From contig OX597816.1 in assembly GCA_951406725.2 (NCBI GenBank), positions 115,072,001-115,136,000 of the forward strand: a DNA stretch of 64,000 nt, given 5' to 3'. Numbering within the stretch: position 1 is the first letter of the stretch; each line of letters starts with the position of its first letter. This document shows positions 12,128 through 24,489 of the stretch, piece by piece. A model generated the notes under the pieces. It saw only the letters and a list, made by a program, of their open reading frames with translations. It had not been told where the DNA came from and made no database searches. A program made the position numbers and the translations under genes. This DNA is from Octopus vulgaris (lineage: Eukaryota).

Positions 12128-12736
12128 TGGATTCTCTCATCGAAGACGATGAATGAGGGTTCAGTAAATAACCTTCAACAACTCCTAAGCCCTGTGACAC
12201 TGCATGTGTATCTTCAATAAAAAGAAAAAAAAGCACACATCGATGCGCCAAACCTCAGGTGTTGTTGAGTGAAAATGGTCTACTGAACAACCAGCACTTT
12301 GACTTGTGCTGAACGAAGCACACTCTCTCCATTGAATTAACATGATCTGTACAGGTGCACGGTGTGCCACACGTCAGATGATAAAACGATCGCAGGATTT
12401 TCTTGTAAGAGTGTTCCATCTCCTAGATCAGTTGTGAGAATCAACACTAAAGGGTCTGATCCACCCTGGTAGGCTTTCTGTGCCTGGGTACCATACCAGG
12501 TATTTCTAGGTCCTTGCATGATACAGCCCTAAGACATTTATTGGATGGCCATTGACTCTCAAGAGTTCCTCATCCCTTTGACGGGTTTTGTTTTCCATCC
12601 TGCAGGGTGTCCAATAAACACCCTCTTCACCAAGCAAGCTTGGTGGGGTTGCCGGTTTAGTCGCTGACGACCCGACCATGCAACAGGTTGTACTGGGTTA
12701 CATGTTACCAGTAGCACTCGAAAATGACCTGACCCA
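12126..12736 (-). mobile_element. GC-richer non-coding interspersed repeat, possibly an RTE-derived non-autonomous element
   Basis: Abrupt composition change with retained CpG; GGTTTAGTCGC resembles an RTE 5'-region motif on the minus strand; no ORF; family assignment tentative. Confidence 0.4.
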
Positions 12737-12847
12737 ATATCTATCTATCTATCTGTCTATCTATCTGTCTGTATGTCTGTCTGTCTATCTGTCTATCTGT
12801 CTATCTATCAATCTGTCTGTCTGTTTGTCTACATATATATATTTATA

Positions 12848-12890
<43 letters not shown>

Positions 12891-12891
<1 letters not shown>

Positions 12892-13499
12892 CAACATCAC
12901 AATCAAGGAACGGCCATAATAGGCCATTCACCCACTAGAAATAACAGCCAAAGCTTTAACCGCAAAATAACATTAATTCCGTAAACCAGGAGAAAATTAA
13001 AAAAACATTTACCCTGTAATTTCTTATACGATGCACCGTTTCATCTACTGTTTAATGGTAAACTAACCTGATTAAATTAAATCAAGCCAATCTTCCATAG
13101 GCCCTTAGATTCCTCAGTAAGAAATAGCCAGAACGGAACAGATATTTTCACGAGGCATTTCCGTCCCTGCCTCGGCAATATCTGACCTAAAATTTTCAAA
13201 TCATCGCACTCGCGCCATATTTATCGGCAGCAAATAAATATATGCCGCCGATTCCATTACGGAATCAACCAGAAAATTCATAATTAATCAATATAGGGTG
13301 GCAAAAAAAAAAAAAAAATTTTGTAGAATTTTTTTGCCACCAGCGGCCTAGTGGGAAAAATTTAAATAGTCATAGACCATTTATAAGTTCAACATCACAA
13401 TCAAGGAACGGCCATAATAGGCCATTCACCCACTAGAAATAACAGCCAAAGCTTTAACCGCAAAATAACATTAATTCCGTAAACCAGGAGAAAATTAAA
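12891..13499 (-). mobile_element. Retrozyme-like / Penelope-dependent non-autonomous element: 498-bp unit plus 111-bp perfect direct repeat, inserted in (TA)n
   Basis: 12891-13001 is identical to 13389-13499; (TA)n on both flanks; no ORF; internal intact hammerhead and multiple hairpins. Confidence 0.85.
13019..13125 (-). ncRNA. Type I hammerhead ribozyme with intact core
   Basis: Minus strand: ATTTCTTA CTGAGGA ATCTA-(58 nt)-TAGAT GAAA CGGTGCATCG TA TAAGAAAT; 8-bp stem I, 5-bp stem II, near-palindromic stem III, GUA triplet; predicted cut between 13027 and 13026. Confidence 0.88.
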
Positions 13500-14340
13500 T
13501 ATATATATATATATGTTAAACGATGATGATGATGACATTGAACAGCAACATATGCTACATGTGTACATGCATATGCAATTCACAGACACAAACACATATA
13601 TATACACATATATTTATATGTATATATGTGTATGTGCATGTGTGCATATTTATAATATTAAGAAACAGAAATATAATTGATGGTATTTTTAAGCTTGGCA
13701 GTAAATACATGGGTTTCTGCAAGCTGAACGTCTCTAGTACAGAAGCTGATTGACCTGTTCCACAGCCTGACTGGCCCACTTCCTTGGTATTTTTAGTCTT
13801 TCTTATTAATTTGTAGCATGACTTGATGTCTAGGCATTAGCCTAACTGGAGATATGATGGTTATTCAATTACCATGTGAAGCCTCGTAGTGAAATGTGGA
13901 ACTATTTAATAAGCCCCAAAATTTAATTGTATACATACACACACACACACCCAATAGTTAAATGCTGCATGTAAAGACTAAGGAACATGGGAAACAGGAA
14001 AAAATGTGTAAATGACCGACATACTCAATCTCCATCTAATCTAACAAAAGTCCTCACAATTTTGTCGTGTTATCAATAATATCATTCATTTTTATGGAGG
14101 CTAAAGCAAAGTACTCCTAGGATATAAGTTAGTGGATCTGTAGGATGGAATAAGGCAAGTACAAAAAGTAGAATGATGGGACCTGTAGATGAAATGGTAA
14201 AGTACATAAAAGAAAAACGAAAAAAACGAAGATGGTAACAGAAACATACACAAATATTAAATGACACAGATATCATTATATATTGTATATATATATATAT
14301 ATATATATATGCATATAAATATATATGTATGTGTATGTAA

Positions 14341-14384
<44 letters not shown>

Positions 14385-14564
14385 TATATACCTACATATA
14401 CATGTGTATATATATTCACACACACACACACTCAGGATGTTTTATCTATCAAATCCACTCACAAGGCTTTGGGCAGCCCAAGGTTATAGTAAAAGACAGG
14501 TGTTGCTGTGTGGTAGGTGGTTTGCTTCTTAACCACAATTAGGCTAGTGTCTTCTACTATAACC

Positions 14565-14675
14565 TTTTCGAGTTACAGTCATTCATCAGGTGGTTTAAAT
14601 ATTTAACTTGGCGAGGTTTAATCAATGAACTCGAAAATTTAAAGAAATTAACAGCCATGAAACGATCGTAGTGTT
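14565..14675. ncRNA. Hammerhead split by an inversion (5' half on minus strand, 3' half on plus strand)
   Basis: Minus 14595->14565 AACCAC CTGATGA ATGACTG TAACTCGAAAA; plus 14628-14675 AACTCGAAAA...CAGCCAT GAAA CGATCG TA GTGTT. Confidence 0.6.
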
Positions 14676-16375
14676 ATATTAATTATATTTTTTTAAATAA
14701 TTTTGTTATATATTTAAATAATACAAATTAAATAATCTTATGTATTGGCTTAAGTTTTTCATTGTATGATTTGCCTAATAGTGGTTTTATCTCTAATTTA
14801 ATATAATATATATATTTATATATATATATATATTATATGTAGACAGCCTTTAGGCTGCATGACAGAATAAAGACAATGCGTGTATCAAATGAAAATATAA
14901 ATAAAGAAATATGACATAGGTATTTGTTATATACATTTACATATAGAATGTCTTTCAGCTGCAACACAGTATAACAACAAGGCATGTGTGAAAGTGCCAT
15001 TAATGGAGGGAAATGTGGTACTTTCAGACATGAAGAGAATGCGGGAAAATGAAACAAACCTGGGATTGAAATAAATGCTATGCTGAGAAACTGAAAAGGA
15101 TGGGTGATTGAGAAAACATGATGGTGCTTTTTATCATAACTGAAAAATAAAAACAAATATTATATATATATATATATATATATCACTGCTATACAACTGT
15201 TTCTCTGTTGTTATACACTGCTTGTCACAGTGCACTTCCTCACATTGTTGTAGCTTTTGAATGATGCTACCTCACTGGCTAGGTGAGTAGACCATCATTC
15301 TCTCTGAATGGAATGGCAATCCATTGCAGGATTACTAATTTTCAGTTGAGTGAACTGAAGCAATGTAAAATGAAGTGTTTTTTTGCTCAAAAATACAATG
15401 CACGAATGGTTTGGGGATTGAAACCACTATCCTGAAATTGTGAGTGTAACACTATAACCACTTGGCCACATGCCTTTGCATAACACATTCACACACATTC
15501 AGAAATATACATGTGTGTGTTTATGTGTGTGTGTGTGTGTGTGTTTGTGTGTGTGTTGGTCATGCTAATTAGGTAGAATTGAATAGTAGCAGCTGTGAGA
15601 GGCCGCATTCTAAAACATGAATTACCCAACAATTAATGTTTTGCATTTCCATACACTTTTATTTCAAACATTTGCATTTGAATAAGTACAATGGATTAAC
15701 TGCATTGAAAAACAGATGTGTTATCATGTATGTGATATTTAAAACTTAATAGTGCTTAAGATAGAAATAATGTTTACATAAAACTAATGTGATAATTGAA
15801 TATTAATATAAAAAGAACAAGGCAAGTAATTATATGGGATGATATTCGAATGTATATAGATATGTATGTATATTAGCCTTACAACCCAAGGTTGATTAGA
15901 TTTTGCTGGTCATGATATATAAAGCATATTCTACAAAACAAGTAAAAGAAAATGGAAACACCTTTTATGGAACTGAGTGATAGATTTTTGCTTTCTGTCT
16001 GAGGTGATTCTGTTTTGGACTTCAATAGCCCAGCTTTTTATAACATTGGGTAAAGCTTCTAGAACCTTTAGAACCACAATCTAGTGAGAATTTTACACTA
16101 TAACCTTTTATGTCTTCTGCCTTATTGGTTACAAGAAAGTAAATACTCATCGGTCCAAAAACATTGACATGTTTATGGTAATATATTGAAGCTCTTGAAA
16201 CTGGTCCTGCTGTTTCACAAAAATTATAAGGGTATGATGATAGGCTAGAGTAACAGAATGCAGGACAATCTTAAATATAATGTATGTATATGTGTATGTA
16301 TGCGTGTGTGTTTATATGTGTATCTATGTATACATATACACATATATCAATTACATATATATGAGGCTTGACTTA

Positions 16376-16835
16376 TAGGTACAGGCATGGCTGTGTGGAT
16401 AGAAGCTTACTTCCCAACAAGATGGTTCTGGGTTCAGTCCCACTGTGTGGCACCTTGGGCAAGTATCTTCTACTATGGCTTCAGGCTGACCAAAGCCTTG
16501 TGAGTGGATTTGGTAGATGGAAATTGAAAGAAGCCCATCGTATATATATATATATATATGTATGTGCATTTGTGTGTCTGTGTTTGTCCCCCAACATCGC
16601 TTGACAACTGATGCCGGTGTGTTTACGTACCCGTAACTTAGCGGTTCAGTAAAAGGGACCGATAAAATAAGTACTAGGCTTACAAAGAATAAGTCCTGGG
16701 ATTGATTTCTTTGACTAAAGGTGGTGCTTCAGCATGGCTGCAGTCAAATGACTGAAACTAGTAAGAGAGAGTATAGCCTCAGGCTGACCAAAGCCTTGTG
16801 AGTGGATGTGGTAGACAAAAACTGAAAGAAGCCCA

Positions 16836-16921
<86 letters not shown>

Positions 16922-17233
16922 GTATGTCTATATGTGTGTGTGTGTATGTATGTATGTATGTATTTATGTGTGTGTGTCTTTATGTCTGTGTTAGTTCTCC
17001 CATCATCACTTGACAACCAATGTTGGTGTGTTTACAGTTCGGCAAAGGAGGCCAACAAAATAAGTACTAGCCTTGCAAGGAATAAGTCCTGGGTTCATTT
17101 TCTTCAACTAAAAAATCCTTTAAGGCAGAGTCAGATGACTAAAACAAGTAAAAGAATAAAAGACACCTAGGGCAAGTATCTTCTGCTATAGCCTCATGAG
17201 TGGATTTGGTAGAGAGTAACTGAAGGAAGCCTG

Positions 17234-17240
<7 letters not shown>
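16376..17240 (+). mobile_element. Cluster of family B tRNA-derived SINEs (one near full length 16376-16766 plus partial copies)
   Basis: A-box-like TGGCTGTGTGG, B-box GGTTCAGTCCC, CCTTGGGCAAGT core, internal TA/TG microsatellite, 3' CAGTCAAATGACTGAAAC. Confidence 0.8.
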
Positions 17241-17270
<30 letters not shown>

Positions 17271-17443
17271 TAGATAGATAGATAGATACATAAATATATA
17301 TATATGAATACAGTGTACATTTAAACACATAAGAGGTATCCATCATAGAATTCCTGGCACGCTAGAAGGAACAGCCAAAATCCAAACCACTATTAGGGAT
17401 AAACTTTGAAGGGAATGATAAATGAAACATTTACCATCTATCT

Positions 17444-17513
17444 CCTAGGCCATGGTTTCTGACTTCTTTTTATCAAATTATTTTATTTGCTAGGCGAAGT
17501 CTTCATCAACAGG
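17444..17513 (-). ncRNA. Degenerate minimal type I hammerhead inside a ~330-bp repeat (about 17300-17620) flanked by (TA)n
   Basis: Minus strand: CCTG TTGATGA A GACTTC...GAAGTC A GAAA CCATGG CC TAGG; loop-less palindromic stem III; two core substitutions. Confidence 0.65.
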
Positions 17514-17826
17514 TATGCCCAGATTAAACATATAAGTACGAGGCAATCCAGCATGTACCCCGTGCTTATACATTATAATTTTTCAACTCCACCGCGCAAG
17601 CAGTCCTCTGTCGACTATATATATATATATAGACGGGAAGGATGACTTCCCTTTGCAAATACTGAAAGGGCACAGAAAGTGTGTCTATGGCCAGCTGGAG
17701 GAGTGTGTCTTCCTGGGGCTAAAAACTACAGTAGCATCCACCCTTAGGGGTAGCCATATTGAAATGGCAAATATGCGTCATGATGTGTTACCGCTACTGT
17801 ATATAACTCACTTTGATATTTATCAT

Positions 17827-17863
<37 letters not shown>

Positions 17864-17869
17864 GTATAT

Positions 17870-18310
17870 GTTTGTGTGTCTGTGTTTGTCCCACCAACAT
17901 CACTTGACAACCGATGTTGGTGTGTTTACGTCTCCATAACTTAGAAGTTTGGTAAAAGAGATTGGTAGAATAAGTTCTAGGCTTACAAAGAATAAGTTCT
18001 GGGGTCAATTTGCTTGACTAAAAGTGGTGCTCTAGCTTGGCCGCAGTCAAATGACTGAAGCAAGTAAAAGAATAAAAGAATAAAAGAATATTTATACGTA
18101 TACACACACGCATTTATATATATTCTTCCTTTTATTTGCTTCAGTCATTTGACTGTGCCCATGCTGGAGCACCACCTTTAGTTGAACAAATCGACCCCAG
18201 GATTTATTCTTTGCTAGCCTAGTACTTATTCTATTGGTGTGTTTTGCCAAATGGCTAAGTTTTGGGGACGTAAGTGCAGCAACATTGGTTGTCAAGTGAT
18301 AGTGGGAGTA

Positions 18311-18350
<40 letters not shown>

Positions 18351-18523
18351 CACACATACATATATACAATGAGCTTCTCTCCGTTTCTGTCTTCCAAATC
18401 CACTCACAAGGTTTTGATCAGCCCAAGGCTATAGTAGAAGACACTTGCCTGAGGTGCCATGCAGTGAGACTGGACCCAGGACCATGTGGTTGGTAAGCAA
18501 GCAACTTACCACACAGCCACTCC
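17870..18523. mobile_element. Tail-to-tail inverted pair of family B SINEs (+ 17870-18090; - 18121-18523)
   Basis: Same 3' half in opposite orientations about 30 bp apart. Confidence 0.8.
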
Positions 18524-19073
18524 ATATATTTATAGACACACACACACATACGTGTATATATAAATGTACATAATGCCCAGTAAAGATGTTTGTGAATCTT
18601 TCGAAGAGTGCTTCCTTCTTGGCACTGTAATGAAATTTAGTTGGGGAACAGAAGCAGGTTTAGAATTAGGAGATTAGCACAGTGAGTAATATTAACTTTG
18701 AAAAGTCTGAGGTTAGTGTATTTGTGTCCTGTGGATGCATGTATGTGTGTATGCACAGGCAATTGTGCATGTGCATGTGCATGCACACACGTGTTTGTCT
18801 GATTCTGTATCAAGAATTCCTGCAAATTACAATCATATCACTGATTGTACAACTTTTCCTTCATTATCTCATTTGAAATCTAATTATTCTGTGTCGTTAA
18901 TATATTTATCACAAGATTGCGACTCGTTAATCCACCAAATCTGATTTATTTGGTAATTATAATTAACATTTTTTCTTCACTTTTTTTTTGCCATTTGTAT
19001 TTTTTAAATTTTTATGCATGTACATAGTTGTATACATTTCTACATATTGCATGCATATTTATATGTGTGTGTA

Positions 19074-19111
<38 letters not shown>

Positions 19112-19395
19112 CATATATATATATACATATATACATATGTATATCTATCTATCTATATCTATATATATTATACACATACATATGTCCATATGTATAAGCA
19201 TATATACATGTGTACTCACATATGTGTGAGTGTATGTATGCATATGTATATATATATGTGTGCATGGAAATATATATATATATATGCACATACATACATG
19301 TACATCTAAATATATATACATATATACATAAAAATAGACCCACACAGTCATAAACTCATATACATACATTTATACATATAGATATATACAAAAAT

Positions 19396-19462
<67 letters not shown>

Positions 19463-19559
19463 TATGTATATGAGTGTGTTGAATATGTATTAAGACATCT
19501 TTCACAGTGTGTCTATATTCCAGTTTGTATGTATATAAGTGAGTCTTAAAATATATAAG

Positions 19560-19590
<31 letters not shown>

Positions 19591-19671
19591 AATATATATA
19601 TATATAATGCATGTATGTATGTATACGTTTTTGTCTGCATGCATGTTTCCTATGTCTAGAATTATATAGAC

Positions 19672-20320
19672 ACTAGCTGAATTACCCACTAATAGCCAGA
19701 AAAGTGGGGGTTATTTCCAGTTCCCATTCCCATTACACTGTTTCATGTCTGCCTCTCTACTTTTGTAGGGTCTCTCTGTTATTGTCACAAATTGTGAAAT
19801 CTTAAAACTATATCAAATTTTTCAAATTTGGTATATTGAAATAATTTTCCATGTTAAATCCGACTGTGTTATTTATTTGTTTCAGAAAAATTGGGAAAAA
19901 TTTTACTGGGGTTTAAAGTTTAATCAATTTCACCTAATCAAGAAACAGGGTTTGGAAGCTAATCAGGAAACAGGATTTTTTTACATGATAGCTGTCTATC
20001 ACAAAATAAATGTAAAATGATTACGAGGAGGAAATTTTTATTAAACAAATGAAAGCAAAGTATTATGATGTCCAAAATTGTAAAAACTTTTGAAGTTTTA
20101 ATAAATTTTAATGAATAAAGTCACGTGAAACGATTGAACAAACATGTAAATAATTAAAAAAAGAAAAACAAAGTTTTTTTTTGCAAAAAATTGCATCAAT
20201 CTGTCCTGTTCAAGAGTCCTATCTGTTGAGGCAGGCAAAGTCCAACATGAAATAAACAAAAGTTTATATAAGACATTATATTTTAGAAATTCTCCAACAA
20301 TGATGGACTATTCATCTAGT
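19672..20320. mobile_element. Helitron-like remnants
   Basis: ACTAG at the left end and ...GGACTATTCATCTAGT at the right end; the latter recurs at ~53420-53474. Confidence 0.35.
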
Positions 20321-20877
20321 ATATATATATATATATATATATGATGATGATGATGTGTATATATATATATACATATATATATATATACATATAAATGTAC
20401 AAGGGGTTTAGAGGAATCAAAGGCAGACTGACTGTGATTAAAATCTTTGCCTGTGGTAGATATGCACAGGAGCACTTGACCTTCAGGGAACTGGTAAAAT
20501 AAATTCTATGTAATGCTAAGAAGGCTCTATATATATAGTTAATAGATTCTGTTAACTAGGTAACCTAAACAGTATAAAAATCCTTGTCAGATCATACTGA
20601 CTTATAAGGGCTGGTTTCCTAGTTTCCATGGTGTATAGATTTTCCACTTGGATGGAATGCCAGTCTGTTGTAGGGTTATTCATTTCTGCCCACTTAGTGG
20701 ACTGGAGCAATGTGTAATGAAGTGTTTTGCTCAAGAATACAACACATCACCTGGTCCATGAATTGAAACTACAATCTTATGATCATGAGGCAAACTCTCT
20801 AACCACTAAGCTATACACCTCCACACCTAACAAGTAAGAAAAGAAGGTTTCTGAAAACATAGCATGAAATTAAAAAA

Positions 20878-21170
20878 TCATCATCATCATCATCGTTTAA
20901 GGTCCGTTTTCCATGCTAGCATGGGTTGGACAGTTCGACTAGGGTCTGGGAAGCCAGGAGGCTACACCAGGCTCCAGTTTGATCTGGCAGTGTTTCTACA
21001 GCTGGATGCCCTTCCTAACGCCAACCACTCTGTGAGTGTAGTGGGTGCTTTTTACGTGCCACTGGCATTGGAGCCAGAGGAGGCTGGCAACGGCCACGAT
21101 CGGTTGGTACTTTTTACATGCCACCGGCACGGATGCCAGTCAAGGTGGCGCTGGCATTAGCCATGTTCAG
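20878..21170 (-). mobile_element. Family C repeat (RTE 3'-UTR-derived, (GAT)n tail)
   Basis: CATCATCATCGTTTAA...CCATGCTAGCATGGGTTGGAC...CTACAGCTGGATGCCCTTCCTAACGCCAACC; other copies at ~24.0, 29.0, 29.2 (+), 39.8 (+), 48.9 and 62.2 kb. Confidence 0.75.
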
Positions 21171-21174
21171 ATGA

Positions 21175-21620
21175 TGCTAGTGGAAAAATTTCAGGGAGTT
21201 TTTAACTACAGGGAGATCCTCTCTCTCTGAGCTCAGGGCAGATAGTATGATACATGCGTATCAACAGCAGTGCTGCACTATAGTATGCTTGCTTAGGTTA
21301 TGTGAAAGTTGGAAAGAAACGAAGTGAGCAATGAACTGTCAAATGTGTATTGTTAATGTGCTTGAAGGATGAGATACAGATAAGCTGTGAGTGAAAAATG
21401 TGTTTATGAGGAATCATATGTGGTATGTTAGAGCAACAGCCACAGTGGTATGGACAGGTAAGGCAGGTAACACATATGGATATTAGTAGGTGGGTGAAGA
21501 AGTGCCAGGAAATTCAGTTAGAAAAAAATCCAGTGGAAAAGAAGACATGCAGAGAATTACAAGAGGATGCTGAAAAGTTTCTGGGTTTGGGCAAAAGAAA
21601 TTACAGGAGGATTGGTTAAT
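21175..21620 (+). mobile_element. Highly decayed RTE LINE 3' coding fragment
   Basis: KFQGVF..., QWYGQV..., WVKKCQEI resemble the RTE C-terminus at 35.5 and 49.3 kb. Confidence 0.55.
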
Positions 21621-21631
21621 TACAATTATAC

Positions 21632-22055
21632 TCTTTACTCTTTTACTCTTTTACTTGTTTCAGTCATTTGACTGCGGCCATGCTGGAGCACCGCCTTTAG
21701 TCGACCAAATCGACCCCGGTACTTATTCTTTGTAAGCCCAGTACTTATTCTATCGGTCTCTTTCGCCGAACCGCTAAGTGACGGGGACGTAAACACACCA
21801 GCATCGGTTGTCAAGCAATGCTAGAGGGACAAACACAGACACACAAACATATACATACACATACATACATATATATATATATACATATATACGACAGGCT
21901 TCTTTCAGTTTCCATCTACCAAATCCACTCACAAGGCATTGGTCGGCCCGAGGCTATAGCAGAAGACACTTGCCCAAGATGCCACGCAGTGGGACTGAAC
22001 CCAGAACCATGTGGTTGGTAGGCAAGCTACTTACCACACAGCCACTCCTGCACCT
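21632..22055 (-). mobile_element. Near-intact family B SINE
   Basis: Complete head, core and (TAAAAGAG)n tail; CpGs retained. Confidence 0.85.
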
Positions 22056-22428
22056 ATATATTTAATATATTTAATATATAATATATTATATTTAATATAT
22101 TACCCTCTCAGCTTCACACACTTATTGCAGTGGTCCTTCATTTTTTCTAAGCCCTGTAAAAGAACTTAGAAAGTTGAGCTCCCAACCAGGCCTTTCATGA
22201 TACCATTAAAGGCAGGATCTTTTTAGCACAACCTCAGAGTTAAAGCAGATTTAGGGAAGTGGATCACTATGAAAAAGATGACAAAACAATGGTTGGATGC
22301 AATGTCCAACAAAGCTTATTCAACCAACAACTCATACCAGCATGGTAAAAACGAATGTAAAAATTATAAAGATGATGATGATGATGATGATGATGATGTG
22401 CACACACACACACACACTCACACACACA

Positions 22429-22485
<57 letters not shown>

Positions 22486-23106
22486 AAACGTGCTCCCATA
22501 CTTATATGCAAAGTTAAGAAGAGTGCTTTAGTTACTAAAGTTTTCAGCAGAGACCTGTAGAGAAATAATTACCATTTTTCAAGAAGGAACTATGGAAAGC
22601 TTCCTTCTTTTTTTTTTTCTTTTTCTTTTAGCTGTTAATCTGGAATACTTCATAATATTGCATATGCTGTATAGTTTTATTGAAACAATTCCAACAATTT
22701 TAATTCAAAGTGGAAGAAAATTCCTCTATTCATTAGAATTTCTGAAAGAATGGAATTGTTGCTTTTTTTCCCGTTTCTCCTTCACCACCACCACCACCAC
22801 CACCACAACAACAACAACAACAACACTAAGAACAACAACAGCAGCAACAGAAGAAGAAGATACTGACGATGGGGGAGGAGAAGGAGGAGGGAGAAGGAAA
22901 GGAGGGTGAGGAAATCCTTGTCATAAATTACACATACATAACTTGATTGTTTTAGATATTCTATAGTTCTGATGATTGAAATTCCAAAACATATGTAAAT
23001 ATTGCTTTTCTATTAAAACTGTTGTTTTCACAACTTTTATGTGTGTATGCATATATATATGCAAATGCGTGTGTATGTGTGTGTGCATGTGTGTACATGC
23101 ATATGC

Positions 23107-23152
<46 letters not shown>

Positions 23153-23167
23153 ATATATATATATATG

Positions 23168-23212
<45 letters not shown>

Positions 23213-23311
23213 ACACACATATACATATGTGCATACATGTTTCAGAAGATGTGTGCAAATGTACATATACACACTTAAATATCTGCACACTTATTTATAT
23301 GTACAGAAACA

Positions 23312-23353
<42 letters not shown>

Positions 23354-23786
23354 ACTCATGTATGGATGGATGGATGGATGGATGGATGTACATTTTCATG
23401 CACACATACACACAAACATATATATATATATACATACACTGACACACACATATACATATATGTTTATATGTATACATATATATACATATATATACACACA
23501 TACTTGTATATGTTTGTATGTGTATATAGAAAGAAGAGAAAGAAAAAGACAGAACTATAGATGTACAACATATGTTTCTACTATTTATGAAGACTTACAT
23601 AAGTATGATAACATTTATGCATGAATATAACATGAAGAACTGCCTAACATATGAGACACTTTATATATACTTCACTGTATATTTTATTTCTTGACTGAAC
23701 ATTGAAATATATTTGATGTATATTTGATATACATTTATATAATCTGTGTGTGTGTGTGTAAATATGTATGTATATATATGTATGTC

Positions 23787-23823
<37 letters not shown>

Positions 23824-24489
23824 TGTGATAAGTGCCAATGCATGAAACTTATAGCCCTGTTAGTGTTAGTGATTATTAATAATGAATATATATATATTTA
23901 TATATATATATATATATATACTCATCTTTGAGCTATATTTTTCCAGTTTACATCACGAAACAAATGCACAAATATATGTCAGCATTGTCATCATCATCAT
24001 TTAATGTCTGTTTTCCATGCTGGTATGGATTAGACAGTTTGAATGGAGCTGGTAAGCCTGAGAGTTGCACCAGGCTCCAGTTGGTATTGGCTTGGTTTCT
24101 ATGGCTGGGTGCCCTTCCTAATACTATCCACTGTGTACAGATTGCCTTTCATGTGTCACCAGCACAGGTGCCTTTATCATCTTTTAATGTTTCTCTTCCA
24201 AGTTGACAGGGTCCAATGAGCCAGAGAACTGCCTTGTGCTCCAATATCTGCTACAACATGGTTTCAATGGGTGAATGCCCTTCTAATGCCAACAACTTTA
24301 CATTGTGTATTGGGTGCTTTATTCGTGGTACTAGCACTAATGAGGTTTCCCTGTAGCCTACAATACAAGACTAAGATCCTTAGTGGCTGAGTGCACCTAT
24401 GTAAACAGGTGTATACACACTTACACACCCACACATGCACAAACACACACACACATGCTGCAGTCGGTTTTCTCTCTACTTAGAAAATA

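Noticed and set aside
14082-15156. Hydrophobic minus-strand ORF segments with acceptor-like sites (GPIILLFVLALF..., YDKKHHHVF...)
   Set aside because: No recognisable homology and no consistent exon chain
16376-16450. tRNA gene (A and B boxes)
   Set aside because: tRNA-derived SINE head continuing into SINE core; no cloverleaf
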